In this document: piece by piece, positions 38,566 through 54,524 of the stretch | Layout: every line of letters starts with the position of its first letter | How positions within the stretch are numbered: position 1 is the first letter of the stretch | From: the human T2T-CHM13v2.0 reference genome, Homo sapiens | Length of the DNA: 64,000 bases | Reading direction: 5' to 3' (one strand) | Assembly: GCF_009914755.1 (NCBI RefSeq) | Contig: NC_060929.1 | The notes under the pieces: model-generated | The model's input: only the letters and a program-made list of their open reading frames with translations | Told to the model about the DNA's origin: nothing | Database searches by the model: none | Position numbers and translations under genes: made by a program

Positions 38566-38862
38566 GGCTGGGCGCAGTGGCTCACACCTGTAATCCCAGC
38601 ACTTCGAGAGGCCGAGGTGGGCAAATCACCTGAGGTCAGGAGTTCAAGACCAGCCTGGCCAACGTCGTGAAACCCCATCTCTACTAAAAATAAAAATAAA
38701 TTAGCCGGGTGTGGTGGCATGCTCGTGCAATCCCAACTACTCAGGAAGCTGAGGCAGGAGACTTGCTTGAGACCGGGAGTTGGAGGTTGCAGTGAGCTGA
38801 GATTGCACCACTGCACTCCAGTGTGGGTGACAGAGCAAGACTCCATAAAAAAAAAAAAAAAT
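38566..38862 (+). mobile_element. AluS
   Basis: Full dimer with a poly(A) tail. Confidence 0.9.
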
Positions 38863-38985
38863 CCATAATGCAAGTTTTACACTTTTCTTTCGATAAATGG
38901 TACATGGACTTAACCATGCAAGTAAGAATGATTTTTGTATTAAGATTTTTGAATTCTGAACACTATTAAATTTCTGTTCCATAGT

Positions 38986-39580
38986 TGTATCTGTTGAGAG
39001 CTAATCAGAAAAACTAGTTATTTCAACAGAGAGAATCTAATATAAAGAATTTGTTAATTAGGTATAAAGTTGTTAACCAGATAATTGAGAAGGCAAGAAA
39101 GTAACTCTAAGGTACTTCCAGAGGAAGCAATTGTAAAAACAGCTACCACTCCTAGGGTTGGAGAAACAAAGAGAAGGGATTGGAATTATTAAAACTGAAG
39201 CATAGAGGAGGAACCCCGTGGAGCTGACCTGAAAAAGAGGGCATTGCTTGCCTGGTGCTCAATGGAGAGACCTAGTTCTCAGAGGATTCAGTACTGAGGG
39301 GTTGGTTTGTCTTGGGGGTTGTACTATGAGCCTAGGGTTGAAAAAACTGCAAATTAGATTCCGTTACTGCTTCAGAAAGGAACTGCCGATGCTGGGGTGA
39401 AATAAGGCTTGGGTGATGCTGACAGGAACAGCCACCAGTTGAAGTCAAGGGATGCAGATAGAAGCATATCTCCTCCCTCTTCCAAACTCTTCTATTGGCA
39501 AAGGCTAAATGTGATTTGCACTCTCAAACCTAGCATCACAAGACAGAAGGATGAACTTGGAGATGAATAGACAAGAATGT
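38986..39580. mobile_element. Ancient LTR-like element (ERVL/MaLR type, family unsure)
   Basis: Starts TGTATCTG; gaagcaattgtaaaaacagctaccactcctaggg...ggaattattaaaact resembles an old mammalian LTR as I recall it. Confidence 0.45.
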
Positions 39581-39705
39581 ACACACATCTTCAGACTTTC
39601 AAAGTTAGGGGGAACTAGCTTAAGGTTTTAGGTACAATCGACTAATTACGGATCTTTAACCTTTGGACAGATGTTACAGCTGCTGAGTTTTAAAAGTCAG
39701 TTAAA

Positions 39706-39882
39706 GGCTGGGCATGGTGGTGTGCACTTGTAGTGTCAGCTTGCTGGGAGACTGAGGCAGGAGGACACTTGAGGCTGAGAGTTTGAGGCTGCAGTGCGCT
39801 AATGATTGTGCCTGTGACTAGCCCCTGCACTCCAGCCTGGGCAACATAGTGAGACCCCCATCTCTAAAGAAAAGAAAAATTT
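39706..39882 (+). mobile_element. FAM (fossil Alu monomer)
   Basis: Monomer retaining the 7SL-like gtgactagcccctgcactccagcc segment. 13-bp TSD aaagtcagttaaa (39693-39705 / 39883-39895). Confidence 0.75.
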
Positions 39883-40874
39883 AAAGTCAGTTAAACAGCA
39901 GCTTAAAAGAAAAGCATACTGGGCATTCGAGTATTTCACCTTCTGTATATTTGAATATATTAAGGTAGCAAACTATGTTATCTTCACATAATTGTCAAAG
40001 GATTTAGACTTTTCAAAAAAGGTATAACTTCACTAATTTCCATTTGTCTTTTCTTTGTATTGTTAAATAAAGTGTAATCATGTCATTGAGAAGAACTTCT
40101 ATTATAATATCCTGAGTAAGGGATTTAAGTTTTGACTTGTATCATTATTAAATTTCTATCCCATACTTGTAAATACTAATTGTATGCTTTTAAACCTGTA
40201 TGTTTTAAATTCAGAGGTAATTGCAATAAAAGAAAGCACACATACCAATTTTCTTATAGCAAACAACTCCACCAGAATCCTTAAATCTAAGATGAAGTCT
40301 AAATATGTCACTTAGTGCATAGAATCCCACAGTGGTTTCCTGTCAAATTAAATACACGGTCCTTAGCCTGACATTTTAAATGTCTTTTAAGACAACCTCA
40401 TATGATAACAACCTACTTTCCTAGTATCTCTCATTACTTTCATTTTTCTCTCCTGAAAGCAAGCAGGCTGGACTGCTTTCCATCCCTTAGCAGGCACAAA
40501 AATTTTTAGGCTTTTGCTCAGATTGCTCCTCACCTCTCGCATGCCTTTTCAGTGGTTTTTCTCTCTTTATGTACCCGTCAAAATCCTACCCCTTCTTCAA
40601 AGCCATCTGCAGTTAATGAACCTCAATGAAGTTTGTCCTCATCTACACAAATGATACTCTTTCCCCACAATACCTTTTATTTTTCTCATAGGTGTTTTAC
40701 CCAGAGACACACTTAACCATCTTTAGTATCTGGCTAAAATTCTGTTAATATAAAATTCTACTCTTAATATTTCCAGATATTACTCATTATTCCCTTTCGA
40801 AAGTCTGCCCAGACTTTGCACCCAGATTTCTACACCTGATGCTCCCCTTGATGTCTTAGGCATGCTCACTCATG

Positions 40875-41133
40875 ACTTTTTTTTTTGTTTTTTTGGTATT
40901 CTAATTCTTTTTGTTTTGTTTTGTTTTTTTTTGTTTGTTTGTTTGTTTGTTTTTAGTAGAGATGGGGTCTTGCTATGGTACCCACGCTGGTCTCCCAACT
41001 CCTGGTCACAAGCAATCCTCCCTGTCTGTCTGGGAGCAAAAGGAAAGCAGTTTTTGCGTGACTCAGCTCCCAAGCTTATCTTGCCCTTTGATATAGTGAG
41101 TTTGGGGTCTTGAGATTTTATTTTCCTTTCACA
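40875..41133 (-). mobile_element. Alu-monomer fragment fused to the 5' end of a MER4-group LTR
   Basis: The minus strand reads TGTGAAAGGAAAATAAAATCTCAAGACCCCAAACTCACT from 41133 and joins an Alu left-arm piece at ~41020. Confidence 0.65.
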
Positions 41134-41159
41134 GCATTGTTTAGAGACTATGGGTTGTA

Positions 41160-41460
<301 letters not shown>

Positions 41461-42327
41461 GGAGAATATGGGTTGTATTATTTCTACCTTCAGAATTCAT
41501 TACTAGCTTTTTAGTGGCTTAATTATACTTGATCAGTGTTTTTTTAAGTGTGTCATGGGTGGGTTAACATTTTGCCTGTTTTTTTTTTAATTTATCCTAA
41601 TAAAGTTGTCATTGGCTTCATATATAACTTGCTGATAGCTATTTCTCTGTATATGGTAAAGCAAGATTGTATGTATAAGTGATCCATTGCAGTTCTTGAT
41701 TGTACCTTTCTTCCATGTTAAAACATACTTATGTAGTGTTTTGAAATATACTTTTAATATTATCACTTCTTTAAATTTTGTTTTAGCATTCACCTGGTTC
41801 ATTCCTGTCCATCCTTTGATTTTCAGCTATCTGAGCCACCGTGCCTGGCCTTCCTCTGTTATTGTTATCTAAAGTCTTTTCAGTATGCCTATAGGCTGGT
41901 TTTTATATTGTCATTGTGAAAATCCAGGTTTTCAATTGTTTTATATAGTGGCTGTTAAGGAAATAAACAATTTAAGTAATTTGGGGGGGGGCATAAATAA
42001 GTCTTAACCAAAAAAGATATTTTATCATAGAGGAGGAAATAAATTCCTCATCGAGACACCTAAAAACAATCAGTCTTAACATATTGGTATATATTCTTTG
42101 CCTACGTATGGAGTGAGAGGGGGATGGAAGAAAGGGCAAAATGGGGAATAGGTTTCTATGTCAAATATCTTCAGTATTATTGTTAATTCACTTGTTTTGT
42201 AAACTAATAGCTTATCCTCTTGAGCAGGGAAGAACAAGTATTCTTTGTGGTATATAAACTTTAAATGTTTGAGGAATGAGTAGAAGAAAGACTTGAACTT
42301 CTTAATTTTTTCTTTTTCTCTCTGAAG

Positions 42328-42478
42328 ATTTCCATGGAGAATGATTATCTGGGACCTCGAAGAATTGAGAGTCTACAAAAAGAAGATGCTGATTGGCAGC
42401 GGAAAGCTCACATGGCTGTACTGTCTATTCAAGATCTTACTGTCAAGTACTTTGAAATAACAGCTAAAGCTCAAAAAG
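42328..42478 (+). CDS. JMY: JMY coding exon (probably exon 3), 151 nt, phase 0-1
   Basis: Acceptor tttttctctctgaag|ATT, donor AAAG|gtaggt. Encodes ISMENDYLGPRRIESLQKEDADWQRKAHMAVLSIQDLTVKYFEITAKAQK plus 1 nt. Not present in the ORF track; read by hand. Confidence 0.95.
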
Positions 42479-42911
42479 GTAGGTTTCTCAGTAAATTTAT
42501 CCTTTAGGTATTTTTGAAAATGAGTGGTTAAGTATTTTATGTTCAGAAAAATTACATAGAAAAGTATATAAAGATCACTCATAATCCCAGCAATTAGAGA
42601 AAACCACTATTAGCAAATTAAGGCACATCCTATCAGTCTTTTCATAGATACATATATTTAAATATATATAATTTAAATATGAATAGTAAATAATTGTGTT
42701 TCTACTAACATACTGAGGAAAAAACCATAAAACCTCACAGAATTAATGCTTTCCTGGAAACTTTGAAAGTTAATAACACCGGACATGTGAGAGTATTTTT
42801 AAAGTTTCTGAAAGCTAATTTTATAAGTGTTTTAACTGCAGAACGTTATTTCTGAGGACAGATTGAAGACATTAGAGTCTAAGATACTCTCAAATTATGT
42901 TTTAGAAATGT

Positions 42912-43212
42912 CGGCCGGGCACGGTGGCTCACGCCTGTAATCCTAGCACTTTGGGAGGCCGAGGCAGGTGGATCACAAGGTCAAGAGTTCAAGACCAGCC
43001 TGGCCAAGATGGTGAAACCCCATCTCTACTAAAAATACAAAAATTAGCCGGGCATGGTGGTGGGTGCCTGTAATCCCAGCTACTCGGGAGGCTGAGGCAG
43101 AGAATTGCTTGAACCCGGGAGGCGGAGGTTGCAGTGAGCTGAAATCGCGCCACTGCACTCCAGCCTGGGCAACAGAGCGAGACTCCATCTCATAAAAGAA
43201 AAAAAGAAAAAA
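42912..43212 (+). mobile_element. AluS in the short intron between two JMY exons
   Basis: Full dimer. Confidence 0.9.
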
Positions 43213-43336
43213 GTTATAAGCAGTTTATCATGACAGCAGGATTTGTTTCTCTTTGTGTGGTCAGTGAAATCTTTTTCAAATGCTTCAGTATTAAGTTTTT
43301 ATTTGTCTTAATTTCTCTTTAAAAAATTATTAATAG

Positions 43337-43506
43337 CTGTGTATGATCGAATGCGAGCTGATCAGAAGAAATTTGGTAAAGCATCATGGGCAGCGGCTGC
43401 TGAACGGATGGAAAAACTCCAGTATGCAGTTTCTAAGGAAACTTTGCAGATGATGAGAGCTAAAGAGATATGCTTGGAACAGCGGAAACATGCACTAAAG
43501 GAAGAG
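43337..43506 (+). CDS. JMY: JMY coding exon (probably exon 4), 170 nt, phase 1-0
   Basis: Acceptor taatag|CT completes Ala with the G of the previous exon; donor GAG|gtaaca. Encodes (A)VYDRMRADQKKFGKASWAAAAERMEKLQYAVSKETLQMMRAKEICLEQRKHALKEE. Confidence 0.95.
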
Positions 43507-44534
43507 GTAACAAAAATCTTCAGAAATATAAAATCAGAAAAAGTTACAGTTTGTCATTTTAATCTTTGCACAAGACATTTTTTTGATTCGATAGGCAGTG
43601 ATTTTATGCCATCTTCATGAGATGAAAACACTTAGAATAGGTCCTGTGACTTAAGTTGTCATTAGAAGAGTTAGACGTAGCGTATTTCACAGCATCACAG
43701 TGTGATGGTTGGCAGCACTGCACTGTTGATCAGAGGGGCCAGCATCAGAATTTCTTAGTTGCTGTAAAGTTTTTAATACTGTAAAAACGTAAAGCTTTCC
43801 AGCAATTATTAAGAAAGTATCACTGACCAGAGAAATTCAGTAAAATTTCTAAGGCAGTGGCATTTTGTTAGGATTGATTATATAATGCTTTTATACCATT
43901 ACATTTTGGAACTTCCCATTTTATTCCTACTGGAACACACTGGTCTCCCCCATCTCCCACCACCTCTGTACCCGCTACAGTCACTGTCTATCCTTTTTTA
44001 CTATTGACAGTTATAAATATTCATACCCATTTTGTGGGCTGCCCTCATTGGCTTGAAAACACTGAGTACATATTTATTAAAGTAGCACATTTTAGTTGCT
44101 AGAGAAGAACAAATCATCATCTCTGCTTTAGTTATAAGAATACAGCATTATGTAAAATATGTATTTTTTTGGCTTAGGTTGTACAGCAAGATGGTTCTCA
44201 TTGACATTTTTGAAGTGCTTATGCTCATATACACTTTTTGTTGATGGATTTTTATCATTATTTCATTTCCCCCTTATTTTTATTTGCTGGTTATTAGAAG
44301 GTAAAATTGGAACTTGGCTTATCCGGGAAATTGTTCACACTTTATATTCAGAATCGCTGTGCATGGATTTCATCCCCATCTCATGTTCCCCTGAGGCATT
44401 TCTACTATAATATCCTTTTCTAATTAGCTTGTTCCCCTCATGTTACTGGCTCTCTGGAGTTGTCTTAAATTCTAGAACTTTTAAACTTAAGTCCCTCTTT
44501 TTGCTTATAATAGAGTACCACCTTTATCTTCATC

Positions 44535-47078
<2,544 letters not shown>

Positions 47079-47352
47079 GGTATATCAGTGTGCTTTCTTT
47101 CCCTGGCAGAGGATTTTAACAATTCCCCATCTATTTATAATTCCTTGATAATTTCTCTGAACATACATAATCTAATAGAATATGAATGCATACTAGTCTT
47201 GAAGATTAGCTACTTATTTTTGTCTTTCTCCTACAAGCATGTAGCTAAATTATGATTAACTAAGGTTATATTCCCCTCTTTCAGTTTTAATTCGTCAAGT
47301 ATTTATTGAGCATTGATTATATACCATGGTGGATATGAGCTTAGGATTTGGA

Positions 47353-47541
47353 CAGTGCTGTCCAGCAGAACGCCCTGTAATCATGGAAATGTTCTATGTT
47401 TACCCTCTCCAGTAGGGTAGTTTTCAGCCATATGTGGCTAATGAGCTTTTGAAATGAGGCTTATGCAACAGAGGAACAGCATTTTAAATTAAATTTAAAT
47501 AACCACATGTGGCTTGTGGCTACCTTACTGAACAGAGCACC
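47353..47541. mobile_element. MER3-like hAT-Charlie fossil, followed by MIR (~47550-47730)
   Basis: cagtgctgtccag...aaataaccacatgtggcttgtggctaccttactgaacagagcac. Confidence 0.72.
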
Positions 47542-50500
47542 TCTATAGATCTCAGTTCTGCAAACTTAACTCTTTAGGAAAGCTTCAGTGAGTTCCTTAA
47601 CCTGTCTTTGAAATGTAAATATTATATACCTTCTGGAATGTTATGATTTCATGAGTTAATGCATATAAAGCATTTGCTATAGCACTTGACATAGAGTAAG
47701 ACCTGGATAAATATTAGTGATTATTACTATAATTGTATGTTATGTTTTGTGCCAGTATCCCAGAAGGGAATACAGAGAAGAAAAAGATACATAATTTCCA
47801 TGCTTAAGATGTTTACTTGCCTCAACCAACATTTCAGGGTTCACAAAGCATGCTGTTGACTAGGTGATGTGACATTTTGTATGGGCCTTGCCAGAAACTT
47901 CCAATAGTAAGAAGCTGTGATGTGGTAGACACAGCCTGAGTCTGAGCTGAGGTGGGGTTTTTGAGGTCCTTGTCCAGGCAAGGAGATTGGTTTTTAGTTT
48001 TCATTTTATTTGTCAATAAGTAGATTATTCCATAGGTGCACACTATATATTTCAAAGAGTCTAAATACAAAAAGGTAGGTTCCACTCTAAAGGCCTTAGT
48101 TTATCTTAAATTCTGTTTTCACCATATGAATTCTGTTTTGGCAGCAGTTAAAGTTTAAAATGTTTTAGTCCCTGTCCTTAGTGCTTTATGTGTATTATCT
48201 TGTTAAATTCTCAAACATAACCTTTTATGCTATAAGCCCAAAACCATTATCTGAATTCCCTGAAGACAGATATATTTCAGAATCCCAGGGTTTTTTTAGA
48301 TTTTAGAAAGGTAAGATAGAGCATATAACTTCAGACAAGTGTTATTAGTCCACTAATGAAACACATGGTCACATTAAATGGAATACCTAAGGATTAAAAA
48401 TAGTTTATGAAAAGTTCAGATCACATTTTTCCACAAATGGATTGTGAGATTTGGTTTGACATTAAATTATGGGAATTTTCCATTTTCCAGGATTTCTGAC
48501 ATGTGGAATTCAGATAATTCTGTCAACTTGTGTTACCCATATTTGTGCAGTTGTTACTGGTGAAACCTGTATTTATACTCAGGCTTGTCTGTTACTAATT
48601 CTCATGTTCATTCTTTCTACATAATAGGGCTAGTTTTGGTTGAAAACTTGCCCTTAACATCATTCACCTTATGCTGTCCAAGGTTTTTATGACCCTTTAA
48701 AAAAAAGATATAGCCTTGCCCTGTCACCGATGCTGGAGTGCAGTGGCACGATCATAGCTCACCACAAGCTCAAACTCCTGGGACTCAGAGTCCCTACTGT
48801 CTCAGCCTCCTAAGTCACTAGGATTACAGGCACATGCCACTATGCCTAGCTATGACTTATTTTCGAACCCTCATTTCATTTCTTGTTGACTGCATATTTT
48901 CTGTAACTCAAACAGTGGTGGATGCTCAGTGAGTATTTTTTGAATGAATGATTCAGTCCACAGGTAGCTCTTTTAATAGTTCCTCTAATGTCATTGGAAT
49001 TTTCTAGCACAGTAGGGTAAAAGGCAGAACAAGGGCATAATTCATTTGCATAGTTTGCAAAAAGTGCCATCTGGTTTCATGATAAAGTACAGTCAAAATA
49101 GGTATACATGAAAACTACTTTATCATTATTACACATGGTGAGAATGATTGTGGAGTCAGCAGGGTATGTTGTACTTACATGGATGTATGGACATGAATTG
49201 GTACTTCATCCCCTTACTAGATTTGCTGTAAAACAATAACAATAACACTTTGATATTTTTCCGTCTTTTTGGGCTGGTAATCCCTAATTTTTTCTAGTGG
49301 AAAGAGCACTCTTGTAGGAATCAGGAGAACTGAGTCTAGCTCAAACTTTGCTAGTCATTACCTGGATCACATTGGGAGGTTACAATTTGGTTTGGGGTAC
49401 TGGTATCCTGATACTTGAAGTATGTTTAGGAGAGTAAAAGTTGAGCTAAGTTAAATTTTAAGATGGCCAATTTTTCCTTTGAGTATTTAAACTACTTTCA
49501 GGGCTTCTTTCTTCTTGCCCAGGGAAGCACTGCTCTCAGGTATAAAAAAGACACCCCATTGTGGCACCCACCTTCCCTGCACTGCCCCATTATCTGGAAT
49601 TAGTTCTCTTTTCACCCTGGATTCTGTTTCTCTTAGTTCTGTGGCTGTCAGCTGAGGACAGGAAAACTCAGTCTGGAAATTTCAGATGTTAAAACAGGGA
49701 GGAAATTTGGAGCAGGGTGCCCGCTCCATACCTCTTCATGCCTTATACTAAGGATTTTGCCTCCACATTGAAGATTAGATAGACCTCAGAGTATTATTTT
49801 GCCCTCACAGATTTCTCTGAGTCATAGCATCCTTTTCTCCTTTGCTGATCTCATAAAAGTCCTGTATGTTCTGGTTCTACAACCCTTTAGCTTTTCCCAA
49901 AGTCCACCACTGACCTATTGTTTGTCCTTTCAGAGGTTGGGATTTAACAGACTCCTTCACTGCTTGTCTGCCTCTGATGAGGTTTTGGTTATCTTTAGAC
50001 CACAGCCCTTGGCAAATCCACGTCTGGACTCTTGGTCTAGATAGAACTCACCGAACCAAAAAATTGAGGGTGAGGTCACTGCTTGTAAGAGAATACCTAC
50101 TTCCTTTCTCAGTTTGATTTTTGATATTGAGTGTGTGCTGGTAGCACTGCGCTTCTCAAGTGCTTTTAAAGTACCCTGGCTCTGGGCTGCAGTCAGAGTA
50201 CTGTTCTCTTTGTGGTTGAGAAAGCTGACAGCGTAAAGGCATGTCACTGGGGGACTTTCAACTTTTTTCCTTAGCCAAGAGATTGGGCAGGAGAGAGAAA
50301 CTTACAGAGTGCTAGGGGAAGAACTTAGCAGAGCATCATGAACGTAGCAGAAAATGGTCACTTAGTTGGGTAGAACCAGAGTAGTGAAAATGAACTCACA
50401 GCCTGGATCTGAACAATATCACTGGAAAGTAATCTTAGATTAAGGTTTTTAGACTGGTTTACACTAAGGTTTTAACTTAACGATTCCCCACTTGAGAATA

Positions 50501-52358
50501 AAGCCTTCTAACATTAGATATCTTACCTGTTTGTATGCTGTGGTAATAGAGAGTGTGGGTGCAGATACTGGAACAATGTATATCCTACAGCTGTGTTTGC
50601 AGAGCTGGGCAAGAGCCCCAAGAGAGTATGAAAAGGGATGTTTATCATCTAAAGTGGCGAGTCCACGAGTCTCAAGGTAGACATTATTCCTTGGTTCTTA
50701 TTTTATGACTTAGGACAAAAACAACAGTTCATATTGTTCACATTCCCCTCCCTAGCTGCTATAATTAAACCCACTTTGGGGTTATATACGTTGTTTGTCA
50801 CCCATAAAATATTTCCTAACACAGCGGGATCACTCACAGTCTTACACTTAGATAATCTATTAAGTATCCGTTTATAAAATATTCATAAAACAAAGTACCA
50901 CTGTATTTAATTCACCTGGTTATTTTTAAATTTTTACAACTGCACGTTTAGACTGGAGCCTAACCATTGCTTTTCAGTTCAAAATTCTTGTGAAAGGGAT
51001 TTGAAATTATATTTTAAGGAAAAATATTCTAATTATTGGGTAAGACTGTGTAGATATATAGACTGTAAAGCAAAAGCTGGAATTTTCTTTAAAACGTATT
51101 CTTTTTATGTGCTGACAGGTTTTACCAACCTCGCCAGACAAAAGGGATCATTTAGGAAAATAAGAATTCACTGTCTTTTTCCCTGTAGGTTGTCCCTGAC
51201 AGCCAGTCAAGTATTTCTTTGGTATTCTGGGACCCCAGTGATGTCTCACACGAGCTCGTAAACAATACTCTTAATAATTTTCCCTTTTGTTCCTCTCGTC
51301 TCCTCCTTTGAAGGTCACTCCTTGGGAAGCCACTTGAATCCAGGGCTCCTCACTATTGCTCCTTTGGCTCTGAGGGCACACTGATGCCCGTATCGGGGCT
51401 TTCCTGGAGCTGCTAAGCATGAACCTTTAAACTACCAAAGCAGTGGTGCTATGTTCTTGGAAGAATGCTTACTGTCTCACTCTAGAGAACTATGCTTGTC
51501 CTTCACATCTCACTGACTCTTGAAAAGCCATTCCTTTGGCTTCTTTTATCTGCCTTTTTCCGTACAGCCAAATAGAAAGCCATAGAAATAGTAGGGTTAG
51601 GAACCAGTTATCTAAAGTACACTTTCTCCTTGGTGGTTTCCTTCATTCCTGGCAAAAATTTTCCCACTCCAGCACCGAGAACTGACCAACCAAGCAAACC
51701 TCACAGAAGACCATCCTTCACTTTATGAGCCATGCCCAGAAATTTCTGGATCTCACTTTAAGTTCAGCCTAGGACGTTGATTACATTTACCTAAAGTGAC
51801 ACCTTACGGATTGCAAGGATTTCCATCTAAAGCAATTGTCTTCTGCTGTTCCAGTCACATATTCTCACCTCACTCTATAGTCAGCAGATCCCAGAACCTA
51901 GCCAGTCTGTGACCATGGAGCAAAGCAAAACCCCAGATATGTGGCATTAACCAGCTTTTACCATTCTTGTAAATATCTGAGAATAGCCCCGTCATTTTCA
52001 TATATCTCTGTGAAAAGAACAACTACATAACTTAGCATCCACTTTTGAGAGGGAAAGCATTTATATCCAGATGATACATATATTATTACCATAAATATGC
52101 ATAAGTATAACATAAACATTAAAACCTTATTTTTACCATGTTTGCCTACTTCCACCATATAATATGACTTGATTATTACTGTTTTATACATATATATATA
52201 TATATATTTTTAAAGTCTAGATTCCATGCCTACAAGTTTCTTTCTGAGAGGAATTACTTAATAGGTTTATGCTATCTGATTAGTATTAATTTTTAATACT
52301 AACTCAATTTTCTTGTCCCCACCAGCTAGAAATTTTTTAATTTGTATTTTCAATGCAG

Positions 52359-52524
52359 ATGCAGAGTTTGCGGGGTGGTACAGAAGCGATAGCACGATTG
52401 GATCAGTTAGAAGCTGATTATTATGACCTGCAACTTCAGTTGTATGAAGTACAGTTTGAAATCTTGAAGTGTGAAGAGTTACTATTGACAGCGCAACTAG
52501 AAAGCATCAAAAGACTTATATCAG
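52359..52524 (+). CDS. JMY: JMY coding exon (probably exon 5), 166 nt, phase 0-1
   Basis: Acceptor ttttcaatgcag|ATG, donor TCAG|gtatgg. Encodes MQSLRGGTEAIARLDQLEADYYDLQLQLYEVQFEILKCEELLLTAQLESIKRLIS plus 1 nt. Confidence 0.94.
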
Positions 52525-52881
52525 GTATGGCGTGCATTTAACCACATAAGTTCACCAAAGATTGAATACATGAGAAAATACTTATGGACTAGGTATGTTT
52601 CTTTTGTTAAGACATTTAAAAAATTGTTTTCTGTAGGGATAGAGTGTGGGGGGGTGATTTCTAGCATTTATTGAGCACTTACTGTTTGCCAGATACTGCT
52701 AAACACTTTGCATACATTCACTCTATGAGGTGTATTAAATAATAATCACCACTTACAAAGAAGCTTAAGAGATAATGGCTTTGCCTGAGGTTGCAGAGCC
52801 AGTAATGAGATTAGAACCTTGTTCTTTCCAAACCCTAGCCCATATTCTTTACCACTACTCTTTTTTGCTGTTCTGTAACAG

Positions 52882-53069
52882 AAAAAAGAGATGAAGTGGT
52901 ATACTATGACACTTACGAAAGCATGGAGGCCATGCTGGAGAAGGAAGAGATGGCAGCATCTGCGTACTTACAGAGAGAAGAGCTGCAGAAACTTCAGCAG
53001 AAAGCACGCCAGCTGGAAGCAAGACGTGGACGGGTTTCTGCCAAGAAATCCTACCTCAGAAATAAAAAG
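52882..53069 (+). CDS. JMY: JMY coding exon (probably exon 6), 188 nt, phase 1-0
   Basis: Acceptor gttctgtaacag|AA, donor AAG|gtattt. Encodes (E)KRDEVVYYDTYESMEAMLEKEEMAASAYLQREELQKLQQKARQLEARRGRVSAKKSYLRNKK, a coiled coil with a basic, NLS-like end. Confidence 0.95.
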
Positions 53070-53976
53070 GTATTTAAATATTGCTTTTGTTCATTATTTA
53101 GTCTTTTATCCGTATCTACTAATCTCATCTGTTTTGTCTTTAAAACTTGCTTATGTTTTAAAACTAAGTAAGCACTATCTCTTATCAGTGCTCAATGCGT
53201 TTATAGTGCTCTGAGAATTGCCCTCTTAAACACATTGGAACAGCCAATAGTGATGTTCTCTTTACCTCTAGAAACACTAATGGTGACTCTGCTAAAGGCC
53301 TCGACTACAGGATCCCTGATAATGTGATTCCTGGCTCCCTTTTTATTTAAGGAGGCCCAGCGATGTTTTTTACAAGCCCTGATTCTGACCTTAAAGAATT
53401 TTATAGATTGTTATTTCTTTATTTAACTTTGATTACATTTCAGAATGTTTGATTCTTGATATTTGGAATGACTCATTTTGTGGAAATGTGATTCTTCCTG
53501 TGTCTTAAAAAATGTTTTGCACTCTAGTCCAGATGTTAACTATCGTGGAGCTGTTTCTAGTCACTGTAAGTGTAGAGTTGGAATCTGGAACTAGCTCTCC
53601 AACCTAGACCAAACTGATGACTGTGTGGTACTGATTCGCTTTAAGCTCAAGTATTATAAAAGTATGTCATGTTCTCTGAGAACCCACCTTCCTGCTCTTC
53701 ACCACATTCCAAGGCTACCACTTCCTCATTCCACAGAAAATCAATACCTTTGCTTTTTGAAATAGATAGCTCTTGCACATTAAAGAAACTCAGACAGGCA
53801 TGTATCCACAGTAAGTCAAGAACCCAGGACCTTCTATCACGTTGTCCATCAACAGAACAGTTACCTTGCCATCCAGAGCCCTGGCTTTCACATAATTATG
53901 TGCCTTTGCTATTTCCCTGTGACAGTGGTAATTGAAACCCACTGCTGTGTCAGCCCTGGTTGTGAGCTTCATTTCA

Positions 53977-54345
<369 letters not shown>

Positions 54346-54524
54346 TTAGGGGAGAATGAAAAGTAAATAAGATTTCAGAAGAGCACATTTTTGAGGAATA
54401 TTAGGAGTATTTTATATATTACTTTTAGGTGTATAGTGCAGTACTTTTGAGACTCGGAATTTGCAAACCTGCAAGTTTTTGAAAATGCTATGCAATTCAG
54501 ACTTAATTGAAAGTCTGATTTCAT

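Noticed and set aside
48230-48530. Possible ancient Tigger/MamRep-type fragment (a similar end at ~57000-57058)
   Set aside because: Too diverged to call reliably by eye.
49970-50060. CTGATGAG, a possible hammerhead ribozyme core or snoRNA box C
   Set aside because: No stem II with GAAA and no properly placed box D or terminal stem.
53610-53640. TGATGA...CTGA box C/D-like pair
   Set aside because: The boxes are only ~11 nt apart, too short for a snoRNA.
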